In this document: one piece after another, positions 16,030 through 33,535 of the stretch
How positions within the stretch are numbered: the stretch's first letter is position 1
Layout of the letters: each line of letters opens with the position of its first letter
From: Trichinella spiralis
Lineage: Eukaryota
Direction: 5' to 3'
DNA: 64,000 nt
Assembly: GCF_000181795.1 (NCBI RefSeq)
Contig: NW_003526943.1
Span: forward strand, 8,095,792-8,159,791
Notes under the pieces: generated by a model
What the model saw: the letters and a program-made list of their open reading frames with translations, nothing else
Databases searched by the model: none
What the model was told of the DNA's origin: nothing
Translations under genes and position numbers: made by a program

Positions 16030-16395
16030 ATGGATGAAGAAATAGTTGGAGGGAAGTTGAAATTGAAGAAAAATAAGAAGAAACTTAAAGTAAATACAGC
16101 TGATCCTTATCCGACGTCTAAGGCAGTTGTTAATGAAGCAAATTTAGCCGAGTCTCAAAAGTCAGAACCGAAGAAAACCAAAGCCGAGTTAGCATTCGAA
16201 CGTCGCCAGGCGCAATTACAGGTATTTATAGATATTATTTACCCAAAGACGGCAGCTTTTATTAATAAATTTTAGGCAGAAAGGATTGCAAAAAGAGCGA
16301 AAACGAGTCATCGCGAAAAAGTGGAAAAGTTTAACGAGTATTTAGATAATTTGACTGAGCTGAACGATATTCCAAAAGTATCGTGGACAAAGTGA
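16030..16395 (+). CDS. FAM32A: FAM32A-like small basic spliceosome-associated protein, 2 exons (16030-16221, 16276-16395)
   Basis: GGKLKLKK ... KTKAELAFERRQ|AERIAKRAKTSHREKVEKFNEYLDNLTELNDIPKVSWTK*. The C-terminal DIPKVSWTK is the family hallmark. A TTTCAG acceptor ends at 16023, just before the ATG. Confidence 0.92.
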
Positions 16396-16731
16396 AATGG
16401 AGCTACAATTCTCTTGTTAGCTGAAACGAAGCCTTTGTTTTGCAATTTGTTGTATTCATTTTGTGTAAATTTAAAATTTGAATTTTTTATAAATTCATTA
16501 TCAGAATCACTTTAACAGAACATTATATTGTGAATTGTTGTATTTTTTTGAAACAATGTATATGAGAAATGAATTTTCAATGGCTAAAGTTGTGTTGTAA
16601 AATGGCAGCATGCGGGTATTTTCCAATACTGAAAGCAATATGTAATATTATGAAATTAAAGATGTAATTGATTTTTTTCATTTGAGAAAAACTTATGAAT
16701 TTGAACAGTTGGCATGTGTTAAGCATGTTTG

Positions 16732-17025
16732 TGTAACGAGCCGCTCTTTCGGGCGGGCTCGTTCGTCACCCCAACCGAGCTACTAACACAGTCGTCGCTA
16801 GGCGACGACGGGCCGATGTCGACCGGCAGATTCCTCAATCCGAACAAGGACCGTCACCGATCTACCACAGTAAAATTCCAGAACCAACAAGCACATGCTC
16901 GCTCCTTCACTACCAACAACCGTACTCCCGTGATGCTTTTCCGATGTTCAAGTATCCCTCTGTTTACGGTAGCTTTGCTGCTTTTCTTCCATTTCGTCCG
17001 CTACAGTTGTAAGGTCAGCATTACA
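16732..17025. mobile_element. Probable solo LTR (294 bp)
   Basis: GC-rich island bounded by TGTAA...TTACA inverted termini, with 5-bp flanks GTTTG/GTTTC (TSD with 1 mismatch) and internal hairpins. Confidence 0.7.
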
Positions 17026-17611
17026 GTTTCAAAATAAATATTTATTGCATATAAGTGTAAATATAGTTGAAAACATGTAATGCAGTAAGTTAAAACATCA
17101 GAACAATCTGTATGGCGCATTTTAACAGATTTTCATCGAATTGGTCGTTCAGTGATCTTCAAGGTTTAATATTGTTTCAAAGTATTCATATCATTATTTG
17201 ATGCTTAACACTGAAAAAACAAAATGTTATTAAACATTAAACTTGTTTCAAATTTACATTAATTGTTGATATTTGTTCTACTGTAAATGATGTTTATTTA
17301 ACACATGACTGTCCAAATACAGAAACGGTAAATTCAAGCTCTAAATAATGCATAATGTTCAGAAAAGGAAATATTCCTTAATTTTCAATGATCATTTTAC
17401 CAATACTGAAATATTTATAATTTATAAACATTTTTTTGCTTGATCATTTATTTGGGATAAAGGCCAATTTAAAAAAATGTTAAATATTCATTATGACAGT
17501 TATGCATGTTTGTTTAGTTGTATCTGATACCTTTGGTAAGTAGAAAAGTGTTAACTTCTGCCCCTAATGTTTCAAGAATTTGGTAACAGAAATTTTTAGT
17601 AAAAACTGATA

Positions 17612-20600
17612 ATGCATTTCATTTATACTTACTCAGTTGTAATTTTTATCGGATGGTGCGCAGTTTCATCAAACGTATTCATGTTTACCAAAGAACGAAT
17701 GCAACATTACAAGTAATACTTTTATTATAAAAATGTTTGTTACGGAAAATCGCATTACTTCTTAGCTTAAAAGTTAGCTAAAATATTTTAATACGTTTCA
17801 GGGAAAAGGTTAAAAGAATTTTTCTTCATGCTTACGATAGCTACATTCAGTATGCTTTTCCTTTTGATGAACTGAAACCCATATCTTGCGCTGGAATGAA
17901 TTCGTGGGGAAGGTCTGGTCTTGTTTTCTTATGATTTTTATTAAAATAAAATACTTATAGTTTTTCCCTTTCTTTAATTGATTCTTTGGACACTCTTATT
18001 ATAATGGGAAACTACAGCGAGTTTCGACGAGTCGCTAATATTATAATTGACGGTTTTGATTCTTGCGCCGATGTAAATGTTTCAGTATTTGAAACAAATA
18101 TTCGAGGTAAAACTTTAAAATTATGTTTCAGATATTTGATTTTTTATTATATATTTACTTTTATATATTTTTATTGTATATTTATTTTGTCATGTCAATC
18201 TAAGAAATAAGGAAGTGGTGGCAATATTTTGCATTCCGTTTTTGAAAGGTTTGATTTCAGTTATTGGTGGTTTATTATCGGCACATATTTTATCTAAAAC
18301 TGCGAACATGGAACTTGAACAGGGCTGGCCTTGTCAAGGCCCGTTGTTGCGATTAGCAGAAAGCGTTGCAAGCAAACTTTTACCAGGTATTTCTTTTTTA
18401 CGTTCACTTAAAATGGAAACAGTTCAAGGCACTTAAATAAATCTTTAATCATTTAGCATTTATTTTCAAATATGCTATCAATATTAGGTTTACCGTTTTA
18501 TATTCACTTTACGTTTACATGTTTAACATATAACATGCTGCAGGAAAATACAATACAGTAATTGACAAATAGGTTTTATAAAATGAATTACTGTAACGAA
18601 TTAAACGGTTGTTGAATGTATGAAATATGATTTTTGCATTATAGCTTTTAAAACGACTACTGGAATGCCATATGGTACGGTAAATTTGAGACATGGTGTT
18701 TGCGAAAATGAGACTTCTATAACATGTACTGCTGGTATTGGAACATTTTTACTGGAATTTGGTACATTAAGCCGCTTGACTGGAAATTATACATACGAAA
18801 GAGCAGCGTTGAATGCATTGCAGCAACTTTGGAATCATAAATCATCAATTGGTTTAGTAATAACCATAATCAAATTCTTATTTATGAAAAAAATTTTCTT
18901 TGTTTTCTTTGTTGTTTTTAAGAAGTAGTGTAACTGAATTTCTTATTTTAACGAATTAATAAGTTAAGTCAGTTTGACATGATGAATTAAATTGATTTTT
19001 TCAGGTGGGAAATCACATTGATGTGCAAACCTCCATGTGGACTGCAACTGATGCAGGTATTGGCGGTGGTGTTGATTCATATTTTGAGTATTTGGTGAAA
19101 GGAGGTGCGCTAATTAATTCAGAGTCATTGTTGAAACATTTTAACGGTAATAAAAAAGAATTTTTGTTTGTGCGTTCTTTTTAATATTCATTTTTTAGAG
19201 TATCGAAAAGTCATCGATAAATATATGAATCATCAAGATTGGTTTCCTTGGGTATCGATGTATTCAGGGCAGTTATCTTTAGCTGTTTTTCAGTCTCTTG
19301 AAGCTTTCTGGCCTGGCTTACTGGTATAAAAATTTTGAATTTTGTTTTTAAGAATAATGATGAAAATAATTAGAAAATGAAAAACTGATTATCCTGATCA
19401 TCGTAAAACATATTTTATAATGTAGACACTGATTGGTGATGTCGGAGCCGCTCGACGAATAATGCTCAATTATGATCTTATCTTAAGTCAGTATGGAATG
19501 ACGCCGGAGTTTTATTCAATCCATAAAATGGAAGCTGATAAACGTTCTGGTTATCCTCTTAGACCAGGTAATTTTGATTATTCATTATTAAATAAAATGC
19601 TATGTATATTTTTGTCATTTGGTTTTCTGTATTGCGGCACAGTCACAGTAGTGCTTCATTTATAAGTTTTTATTTGCAATATCATTTGTATGGCAAATAA
19701 TGGTGGCTTATAATTTGAAATTGTAGAAGTAGCGGAGAGTTTGATGTATTTATATCGAGAAACTGAAGATCCAATGCTGTTACGGATGGGGGCATCAATA
19801 ATTGAAGCAATTGAAAGTAGCTCGAAAACTACATGCGGTTACGCAACGGTGAATATATTTTTAATTTTTATTTATTTGAATATATTTAATTTTTTATTTA
19901 TGCATCAGTATGTTCAATATTTTGTTTTTTGTCTTATTATTTTTTTTTCTTTCACAGGTGTATAATGTGGCTGATCATTCGATCGAAGATCGAATGGAAT
20001 CATTTTTTCTCGCCGAAACTACAAAATATTTATACATGCTGTTTGATCCTGATAATGCTATACACGATATTAGTGAGGAGAAATTTGTGATTTATGGACC
20101 TCATGGTAAATGTGTAATAAATTCTGGTGGATACATTTTCAACACAGAAGCCCATCCTGTTGATTCATCAATTAATAGCTGTTGCGCTTCAACTCGTCTT
20201 GAAGATATTGAACAATTTGTAGATTTTCAAGATAACTTGGATTTGCTAGCTATTGCCGAATCTGAATTGAAATTTGGTCAATTGGAAGAAGAAAAAAATT
20301 ACGAGAGGTTTGTCTATTTTAAAAATTTTGGAATCTAATTTTTATAAAGTATATAGGTTAAATATAAATATATATATATATGACATTTATAGTTGCTTGG
20401 CGAATAAAGGAGAAGCGGTAAATGAGAAGAAATTGACAAAAATGAAGTGCAGTTCAGTTACCTCTAAACCAAATTGTCGTATATCGTCTGCATTGATTTC
20501 GGACAGTAATTTACGAGTTGAAAGAAAATCACAAATGAAGAAGAATTATGAAAATCTTCGTCGTACAATTTTGAATGGTATTGTGGAAGAAGATGTTTTC

Positions 20601-21275
20601 GCAACTGTTTGGATAGGAAAGTTGTTACCCAGGGGATCGTTGTTTCGCCGATTGCATGTTTTAAAAAGAACCTGCTTCAATAGCTGTATGGTTAATAAGG
20701 CTGCTTATGAAGACAAATTGAACACTGCATTTTTCACCATTTACAGGCACGAAAAGTTTTTCAAATTATTCAATTCTGAAGTGAATGATCATTTCAGAAA
20801 ATATGATCATTTGCATAATAAGTTATTTATTGATAATAAGAATCAGAAATGCATGGCGAGAAGCGTGGGAGTAAAACCGATCATGGGAAATGTGGATGAA
20901 TATGCTTCAAATATGCACAGCAGTTCATTTATTGAAAAAGATTTCTATTCTGTTTTCTCCTTACCTCCTCTTCAGCAGTGTAAAATACAAAAGTATAATA
21001 ATTGTTTTTCAGGCACATTATCTGAAAAGAAATTGCCTGCTAAGTTTTCAACTAAGCATGATAAAAAAGTCAGCTATTTAACCTGTCATTGGATGTCAAC
21101 TGTGACCAATTTGATTGGTAAAAAGCTTTATCCATTTTTGAAACATATGCAGATTTGCTCAAAACGCTTCCAATTCGAATTTTCTGCTCTTCTGGCTGAG
21201 AAAAACACGTTGAACACGTGTCCTGCGCTTCCTTTTCTGTCCAGATTCGCTCTCTATGGTGAAGTTATGTCTTGA
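17612..21275 (+). CDS. EDEM2: EDEM2-like ER degradation-enhancing alpha-1,2-mannosidase (GH47), multi-exon
   Basis: Signal-peptide-like N-terminus; [84 protein letters not shown]-terminal [16 protein letters not shown] resembles the EDEM2 tail. Confidence 0.9.
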
Positions 21276-21529
21276 AGGGTTTCTTTCACTGATTCATTGT
21301 TGTGTAATAAATTACACAATGTTTACGAGATGGCATATTTTTGAAAATTTTCAAATGGTACTGTTAAAAATATGTAGTTCATCACAAACGCTTTTCAGAT
21401 TTATGTTAAATGTTTTATTATCAAAAAATGAAACATCAGTATTCACTGTTCTCTGTTCTTCTCTGAAGAACAGTTTTTTCAAGTTACATCCCAAATAACT
21501 GAACATGAATTCGAATACAATGCACGCAG

Positions 21530-23384
21530 TTAAGTAGGATTTGCTAAATCGGAATCAATGTGATCCATCAGATGAGAATAATATGTAAAAGTTTGTGAAT
21601 AATCATTGCACACTGTTAGTGGTGTGTATAATTTTGTCAAACGTTTCAACTGTGCATCTGACAGAATTTTGCAAATAATAACAGCTAGGCGAAGTGCGTG
21701 CAGTTTGCAAAGCCGTTGCTTGGCATCGAACAAAGTACCGAAGACGAGATTAAAGAAAGATGTGTTGCTCCACAACTTGTCCGGAACTCTCTTCAATACT
21801 TGAACGAGAATGTGCAAATTTTGCTCATGCCAAAAGCCAGCCGGAGCATACTTAGCTACATGACTCAGAATTTCCACTTGAAAAGTTAACACATTGCCCG
21901 TGATGAGTTCCAACGCGTAATAAAACAGTACAGTGAAACAAACCAAATCGGATGCAATAAATTGGACTATTTCTTCATGTGCGGTGTCTGCATAGTTAAA
22001 ATATTCTAACCGTCCTGCATTTCCAATTCCTGTGAAAGACTTCAGCGCATGTTGTGCAGCAATTACTTTTATCAAAACTGGCAAAAAACATTGTAGATAA
22101 TCGTTCTCTGCAATATTACATTTCTGATCAATGCTTCTCTCTTCGCGATTAAACTTCCAACCGCCAAGGCCGATTTTCAATAGACGGAATGCAAACGTTA
22201 ACAACTTACACTCCCTTGGCAAAATTTTCTTTGAAACGCAGTCTTTTGCTAGCTTCAGCGTTGTCGTGCACAATGCTTGAATCGAAGAATATGAGTTGAG
22301 AATTATGGACAAATCTCCTTGAGCCGGATTATCACTGTTGAAATAAAAAGCAACTATCTAAACAACATTCTCAATAGACTCACTCAACAAATATATTATT
22401 GAACTGTCATTACCTGTTGAAGTTGTTCCGTGTTACGATTATCAAGAGGATCTTTAAAAAATGCCTCCAAAGCTAACATAAACTTATAGCACGGATCAGA
22501 GTTCGCGATATCTTTAATATCCGCTTCGTGAAAAGATAGCAGCAAATCATGCCTATTTTAAATTAAGAAAAAATACATTAATTTCCACCATGAAATTATG
22601 AAACAGTAAAATACCTGAAATTGCAAAACACAACATGCTTAGTATGCAAAAATGCCATTCTGATGTAGCTCAGTAAACGATCATATAGGACTGTCTTCCT
22701 GCCAACCATGCAAACTATTTTTTGAATTACTTCTGCTTTTCGACGACCGCTGAGATCTAACAGTGATTTGCAATAACGATCAGTGTCCGCTTCACTAAAT
22801 CAAAAGCAGATTTAAAAAATTTAATAAGATGAAATAAAAATTACTTTTTAATACCGAAATTGAGTTAGCCACCAGTTCATGTAGTCTGTCAACATTATTT
22901 TCATTTCACGGTAAAATATATCTTCACGCAATTCCCAAATTAAACGCTTGATCTGTAGATCAACCATATTATACAAATTGTCATCAGAACTTATTTTTTG
23001 CAAAGCGCAAACAGGAACTCTAGGCGCTATCATCATAACATCAATTATAAGTGATCGCATTGTTGGTAAATCAACCAATTCATAATAAGTACTTAAAAAG
23101 TCTTCAATTTTATCGGCACCGTTATGTTCTCGCTTTACATTATTCAACTGTTCCAAAATCATTTCTCGCAATCGGCGCATGATCGTCTCGTGATAATCTA
23201 GCTTTCGAATTGGATTTTGTTCCAACAAACGAAGTGCATCAAATAAAGACTGCAATTGGACTGCATTCTTCTGTTGAAAAATTGCAATCGATTCATGCAA
23301 CTGGTCCATCGGCACCGACAACGCCTCCAGCACGGCCTGTCGATTGTCATAGCGAAAACGCTCAACTGAGCTTCTTACTTCCAT
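21530..23384 (-). CDS. NELFB: Negative elongation factor B (COBRA1)-like protein, 4 exons (~23384-22855, 22794-22615, ~22552-22414, ~22357-21530)
   Basis: Colinear similarity to recalled NELF-B motifs: FQQKNAVQLQSLFDALRLLE, IKRLIW, RRKAEVIQKIVCMVGRKTVLYD, FCNFRHDLLLSFHE, DPCYKF, GDLSIIL, LPRE...FRLLKIGLGGW. Confidence 0.85.
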
Positions 23385-26300
23385 CTAAACACTCTAATTC
23401 GGATCATTTTAATTCGTTCAGTTATACAAAAAATAATGTAAAATAAAATTATTAAAAAATATAAATTCTTTTAAAGTAAACAAATAAATGTACCATTGTA
23501 ATATCTGACTATTAACAATTTAAATTCAGACAACAAAATTGCAATTTAAAGGCAGCGAAAAGTATAAGCATCGAATCAAAATTATATTAATATTAAAAAA
23601 ACATATAGTGTACATACTTATTTCGCAGTTTCCGCAATGAAAAAATACATAGGATGTAAAAAATAAAGATATACTAAATCACAAACTTCGCGCTACAGTA
23701 CGCAACAATTAAAAAGCACGTACTATAAATAATCATACAGTACTATAATAATTTGAGCAATTGGTCACTGTTGAATGATAACTTAATTCAGTAAAATAAA
23801 TATCAATTTTAATTTGAAAAATATTATATGATCGATCAGATTTGAAGATATATTTAATAGAAATTTCATTTTGTTGAAAATTATTGAAAATGGGGTACTG
23901 ATGCTCGTGCAAAACTGAGTTCTTATTAAATTTTGTATAAATTGTTTACCACAATGTAGTAGTGCTATTTGATTTTGCAGAATGTTGAAAATACTTAATA
24001 ATTTTTGACAAAAGATGGTCACAGAATGCTTGCTTTTCTAATTGCTTTTTGACGACCAAGTATTTTGATTCACATCTTTTTTAAAACTAAAAGACCACTG
24101 GTCTGCACCCTGTAGTAAAACATCAGTTGCATTTTAATTTCTTTTTTCACAATCAATTTCGGAAATATAATCGTATTGCTAGTATGTTTGCTGTCATTTT
24201 TCATGATTCCTGATCTTTTATTGAAAACTCATTTCAACATCTTATCATTAATTTATAAATTAAATGCATATATATTCTTATTTACTTATATAAAATGAGA
24301 AATTATTTATTAATTTAATTTAATTTAATTTAATTAACTCCAAATACCATTTTTATCATGATATTTTCATGAATGAATCATGAAAAGGAACTTTGCTTCG
24401 GCAAAAAACATCAATTACTGCTTTTATTAGCAGTTGTCGACTTCATAAACGTAAAGCTAACCGGTCAGATAAACGGCTTGGCAGGAAAAAACTGTCAATT
24501 AAGATTAATGGAGAAAATTTTCTCTTTCAAAAGTATTCAATAATGTGAAAAGGGACACAAATGACAGCTTCAAGTTTGCCAATTTCAAAAGCATTTGTTC
24601 TTTGATAAAATTCAGCAAAGCGAAACGGTTGGTTGAGCGAAATAGTCGTCAGTTAAATTTAACAATAAAATTTAGTAAGGCCATTTGTCAAAAGTGAATA
24701 ATACTACATGAAGTTCATCTAATCAGTTTAAGTGAATGTTAATCTGAGAATGAATAACTGAGCTTCAAAAAACATAATTGTACAATCAAATTAAATTAGT
24801 TGTCAATTTAAATGTTACAGGATGAGCTACAAGTAAGAAAATGTAATGCAGAAGCAACACTGCTTGCCATCTGAAGCAATGTTTTCGAAATCATAGAATT
24901 GTCGAAAAGAAATTTATTTTAAACAATTCTTAGAAGATATAAACCGATGATTGTCACTGATTGACGCAATATATTGAAAACTATTTGATGATTGTCTTTG
25001 ATTTATAATTAAGGCAAATTATAAATACGCATTGTTCTTCAATGCTCTCTTTTGTATCTTTCCCATGATCTCACTAATCAAGTCGCCCAGTGTGGCAGAT
25101 TCATTTAATTTATATCTTCGGTGTCCGTTGTGCATTTCTTCAACGTACAATAACAATTTTGGATAGATTACACTTTTACTTGGTGGAAAATAACAATATT
25201 CGTGTGAAATTATTGAGATTCATTTTCAATTATACAAATGACAAATATGTTGGCAATAAAAACGAAAAAAATTACTACAAATGTATTTAACCATAAGAAC
25301 AAAAAAACAGATGATTTTATATACAGTTCTAATGTTATAAAAAATTTTCTCCCCTTTTAGTTGATAAAATACTTTTAAAAAATAATAAAATATTTGTTTA
25401 AAAAGTAAAATAATGTTTACAATATACGGCCTGAAAGATCATTGGTGATTGGAGAAATGACGTTGTCGTGACGCCAAATTGATGCTGAACGAGAATTGGT
25501 CTATTTCATTGACACTGATCAATGGGTTGAAGAATACTGAGAACTCGAAGATGTAGTTTTATAATACAAAATGAAATTTAAAATATTTAACAACTGTTGA
25601 ACAAGTAAACTGTTTCAACGAGTTATAATGTCATTTCGAGATATAATTCAATAAATTAAAAGTGAATCATTCTGTTGATGCGAAAAGTACGAACAGTACC
25701 CGAAGTCAAAAGGCAACATACTTAAAATTAAAGCCCATTATTAAAGAATGCACAAGTATTCTTCTGAACGAAACCGACATATTTCATTAGTAGAGGTTAT
25801 AAAAAATATTTTGAAAAATTCTTCAATAAACTATTTGATTAAATAAATAAAAAAGAAAATTTTTTCCACAAAGCATATTATAATTTGCAAAATGAAACAC
25901 AATATTCTAATGGGCAATACTGTTAATATCGTAATAGAAAATGCAAGTTCCATCGTACCGGTCAGGTCGGCGACAATTTGTCTAGACAAACAAGTTGTGT
26001 TAGAATGCGGCGCTAGCACAGTTCACCGGTCCGTCTTTTATTTCCACATATTTTTTAAATGTTTTTTTCTCATCATCGATTCATTCATTAACGAACTTGA
26101 AATTTTTTTTCAAATCTACCTTTATTTTTTTATTTACAGTCGTATTGCGTGCAATTCATCCACGTCGAAGTGAACTTTGGTCCATTTCATCCCACATCCG
26201 AGATGTTTGAATAATTTTTTGTCGACGGATTGTTTTTCTTTTTGTTTAATTTCTTTCTTTGCTATGAACTTTTGTCTCGCTATTTCACGCTGTGAATTGA

Positions 26301-26402
26301 ATTTTTCCCTTTTTTTTACGTTGATGTCTTTGCAGGTTAGTTTGTGGTAACGTATTTTACTGGTCCACGTTGTGTAATTTGAAAATCCCGCCTTGAAAAT
26401 AG

Positions 26403-30640
<4,238 letters not shown>

Positions 30641-30845
30641 AAGCACCATATCGCTATGCTTATTTATCAACTTGATCAATTTCTGCATGTAGCACGCCTT
30701 CAGCGCAGATGTGCCTTGTGACTGACGTCTGTTAGTCACCTAGCACAGTGTTGTTTTGTTTGCCAAAAAATACTGTACTATGCTATGCTCAATATTTTAA
30801 TTAAAAAGTTTCTTTGCGACATACGTAACGCTTAAATGGTCGTTG

Positions 30846-31252
30846 TTAATCTCGTTCGATGACACGATTACGGTAGGCTTTCGGCGGCAAGGTTGGTTCT
30901 AAACCCCACCAACCTTTTACGTACATCTGCAAATTTCGAAAATTAAACATGTAAATGAATCAAGCCAAAAAGACTCCGATGAACGAACCAAGCCACATGT
31001 CACACTAAGCATCACCGTTCCCAAAGCGAGAATTCGATTAAAAGTACGATTTTCTCGTTGATATCCCTCTGCGTAAGGCTCGTGCGGAATAGGAATTTCA
31101 TCAAAAGTTGCTAAGCGGATCATCTTCGTTCCAGAAGACTCGTGACGAACGGAAGATGCAGACAAAAAACGACCTAAAAAACTAATATGCAAACTAGAAG
31201 ATATAGCAGACAGATACTGACAGGTATGCAAAAGTCGTGGAAGTGCAGACAT
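30846..31252 (-). CDS. Small single-TM mitochondrial-type protein with a Deltamethrin-resistance (prag01/Deltameth_res)-like domain, ~3 exons
   Basis: Presequence-like N-terminus (MSALPRLLHTCRFLSASSVRH), ATFDEIPIPHEPYAEGYQRENRTFNRILALG followed by a TM helix, and last exon MYVKGWWGLEPTLPPKAYRNRVIERD*. Confidence 0.7.
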
Positions 31253-32290
31253 CCTTCTGTATCTGAAAGATAAGTAAAGTTAATATTTTCCTTATTACAA
31301 TGAATTATATTTCACAGTGACGAAACAGCACTTAAAACATTAGACTGCTTACAGACATTACAAAACAGAAAAATCTATAATCTTAAGAAAGTTATTACAA
31401 GGAAACCACTGAAATAAATGTTATAAATGCCTATGTTAAACAAATACGAATGAGACAAACCTATATTACAAAAACTGAAAATGTATTTTCAACAATGAAA
31501 AATTAAAACAAATACAATTATTAAATTTGAAATCAGTATTATAAATTCGTTATTTCATTAAGTATACATATTTAAGTTAAATGAAACTGAAAACAGCGTT
31601 TTAAAAATGCTTGAACATAATGCATTTCTCGGAAGCAAAACATGCACAACAAACTTTATCAATGAAAACAAAACGTAAAATCTAAATGTATTTAATCATG
31701 AAAACAAAAATTCAAATAACATAGAACTACAGCCAGTTAATACACTCAGGAAATATAAAATAACCGTGCCATTCAAAATTAACAGAGCATTAACAGAAAC
31801 ATCAATCATACTTCATGAAATAAACTTGCTAAACGTCAGTAAAACGGAAATAAATACTAAAAATCAACCTCTGTGAAAACAAGTAGATAATACATGCAAA
31901 AAACAACAATATGAGTATGCAACTTTACATAAACAATCAAATACAGTAAAACTACCATATTAATGATTTTCAGGTCGGAAGTATTTATGTGCTGTGATAA
32001 TTCATTTTTTTACTACTGTCACATGGTTCAGGAAACATTCAAAATTATTAGTTTTAAATAATTGATAAATTCATTACTTTAAAAATTTCATTATTATCAG
32101 CAAGCAAAATAAGGCAAAAACTTTACTTCATATCAAAAGTAGCCTAGTTTGTTGGTGTGAGCCTACCTTTTACATCTTGAGCAATTATGTAAATCACCCA
32201 TTCAATTCTTTTCGACACAGGTGGGACATTTAATAATTTGGTGGACGAGAAAAAATATAACAGTGGAAGCCAAACAACAATGGGGTAGAC

Positions 32291-33164
32291 CCCGAGTATA
32301 CATCAAAGACATGCCGCTTCACACTTTGATTGGTTGTGAATTTTGCGTAGAACTCTGATTTGTTTTAAATTTTATTGGTTTACACGGCGGCTAAATTTCA
32401 TTGGTTGTTATTGCGATGAATTTTACTCGCTGTTTGGAATCTAAATTTTACTGGTTGTCATTTTCATTCATTCTATTTGTCAAATTTTGGTTTCTTTTTA
32501 ATGGTCACTTTTTCATTCTAAGCTTTTACTGTTTATCTTCTATATGTATATTAGTAGTAGCTAAATTATACATTTAAAAGCTGACTAGTAATTCAAAATT
32601 ATAAGTTTATTAACAAATTTGCTTGTGGTTTATTTTTGTGTATAATTACATTCATAGAACTGCTGATCAGATCTAAGAAATTCGCTTTACTTTAATTTAA
32701 ACTGATTTGGTTTATTGCGTGTATACTATTGAGCATTTTAAAAACCTTGTTCAAAAGTTTGCTTTCTATTAATTTGTTTCTTAATTTGATGAAGTTAAAT
32801 TTAAGTTTAAATTAAAGTATATACTGGATTTAGAAGTTATGGATGCTATTAGTAAGAAAGATCAGGTGGATTCACCATTTCACTGAATTTCATTAAATCA
32901 TTAATTGTAATTAATCTTACCACATAAATATCATAAAATAGTAAAGCTTTGAATATCTGAAAACTGACCATTAAAATGAAATCAAAATTTGACAAATAGC
33001 ACGCATTACAATGTACAGCACTAGTACGACCAGTAAAAATTTAAGTTTGCGACAACGAATAAAACTCATCGCAGCAGCAACTAATGAAATTTAGCCGGCA
33101 TGAAAACCAATGAAATTTAAAGCCAATCAAATGTCGAGCGGCATGCCTTTGAAGTATACTCGGG
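32291..33164. mobile_element. Non-autonomous DNA transposon (MITE-like) with long degenerate TIRs (~240 bp)
   Basis: Termini CCCGAGTATAC...GTATACTCGGG; arms ~32291-32535 and ~32935-33164 are reverse-complementary; 8-bp flanks GGGTAGAC/GAGTAGAC. Confidence 0.8.
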
Positions 33165-33248
33165 GAGTAGACCAACAGCAATCAGTGCATACACACATCA
33201 ACTTCTCTACGCACAAGGAACATCACCAAACGTCATCAATATCTGCTT

Positions 33249-33535
33249 GGTTTGGTACTACTCGGTCCCGCTTTTCTCTCATTGGTCATTACCCACGCTA
33301 TTTTATTGGACCGTCAAATCTTAATCACAACTGAAGAGTTTGAATCAATGAGCAATTAGACAAAAAAAACCAATGCGACAAAGACTTCACTGAGCAATTA
33401 GACAAGGAAAACCAATACGACAAAGACTTCACGGCCAAATAAAATGAAAACCAATACGACAAAGATTTGACGGTCTAATAAAATAGCGTGGGCAAAGACC
33501 AATGAGAGAAAAGCGGGACCGAGTAAAACCACCCC
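33249..33535. mobile_element. Small MITE (287 bp), Mutator-like by its termini and TSD
   Basis: ~75-bp TIRs (TACTCGGTCCCGCTTTTCTCTCATTGGTC... / ...GACCAATGAGAGAAAAGCGGGACCGAGTA), GG...CC ends, a perfect 10-bp direct repeat ATATCTGCTT at 33239-33248 and 33536-33545, and internal ~40-bp tandem repeats. Confidence 0.85.

Noticed and set aside
16729..17037. 102-aa ORF in the GC-rich island
   Set aside because: Non-ATG start, no motifs, and it coincides with the solo-LTR-like element.
33345..33470. CRISPR-like short direct repeats
   Set aside because: Eukaryotic context, no unique spacers and no cas genes. These are internal tandem repeats of the MITE.
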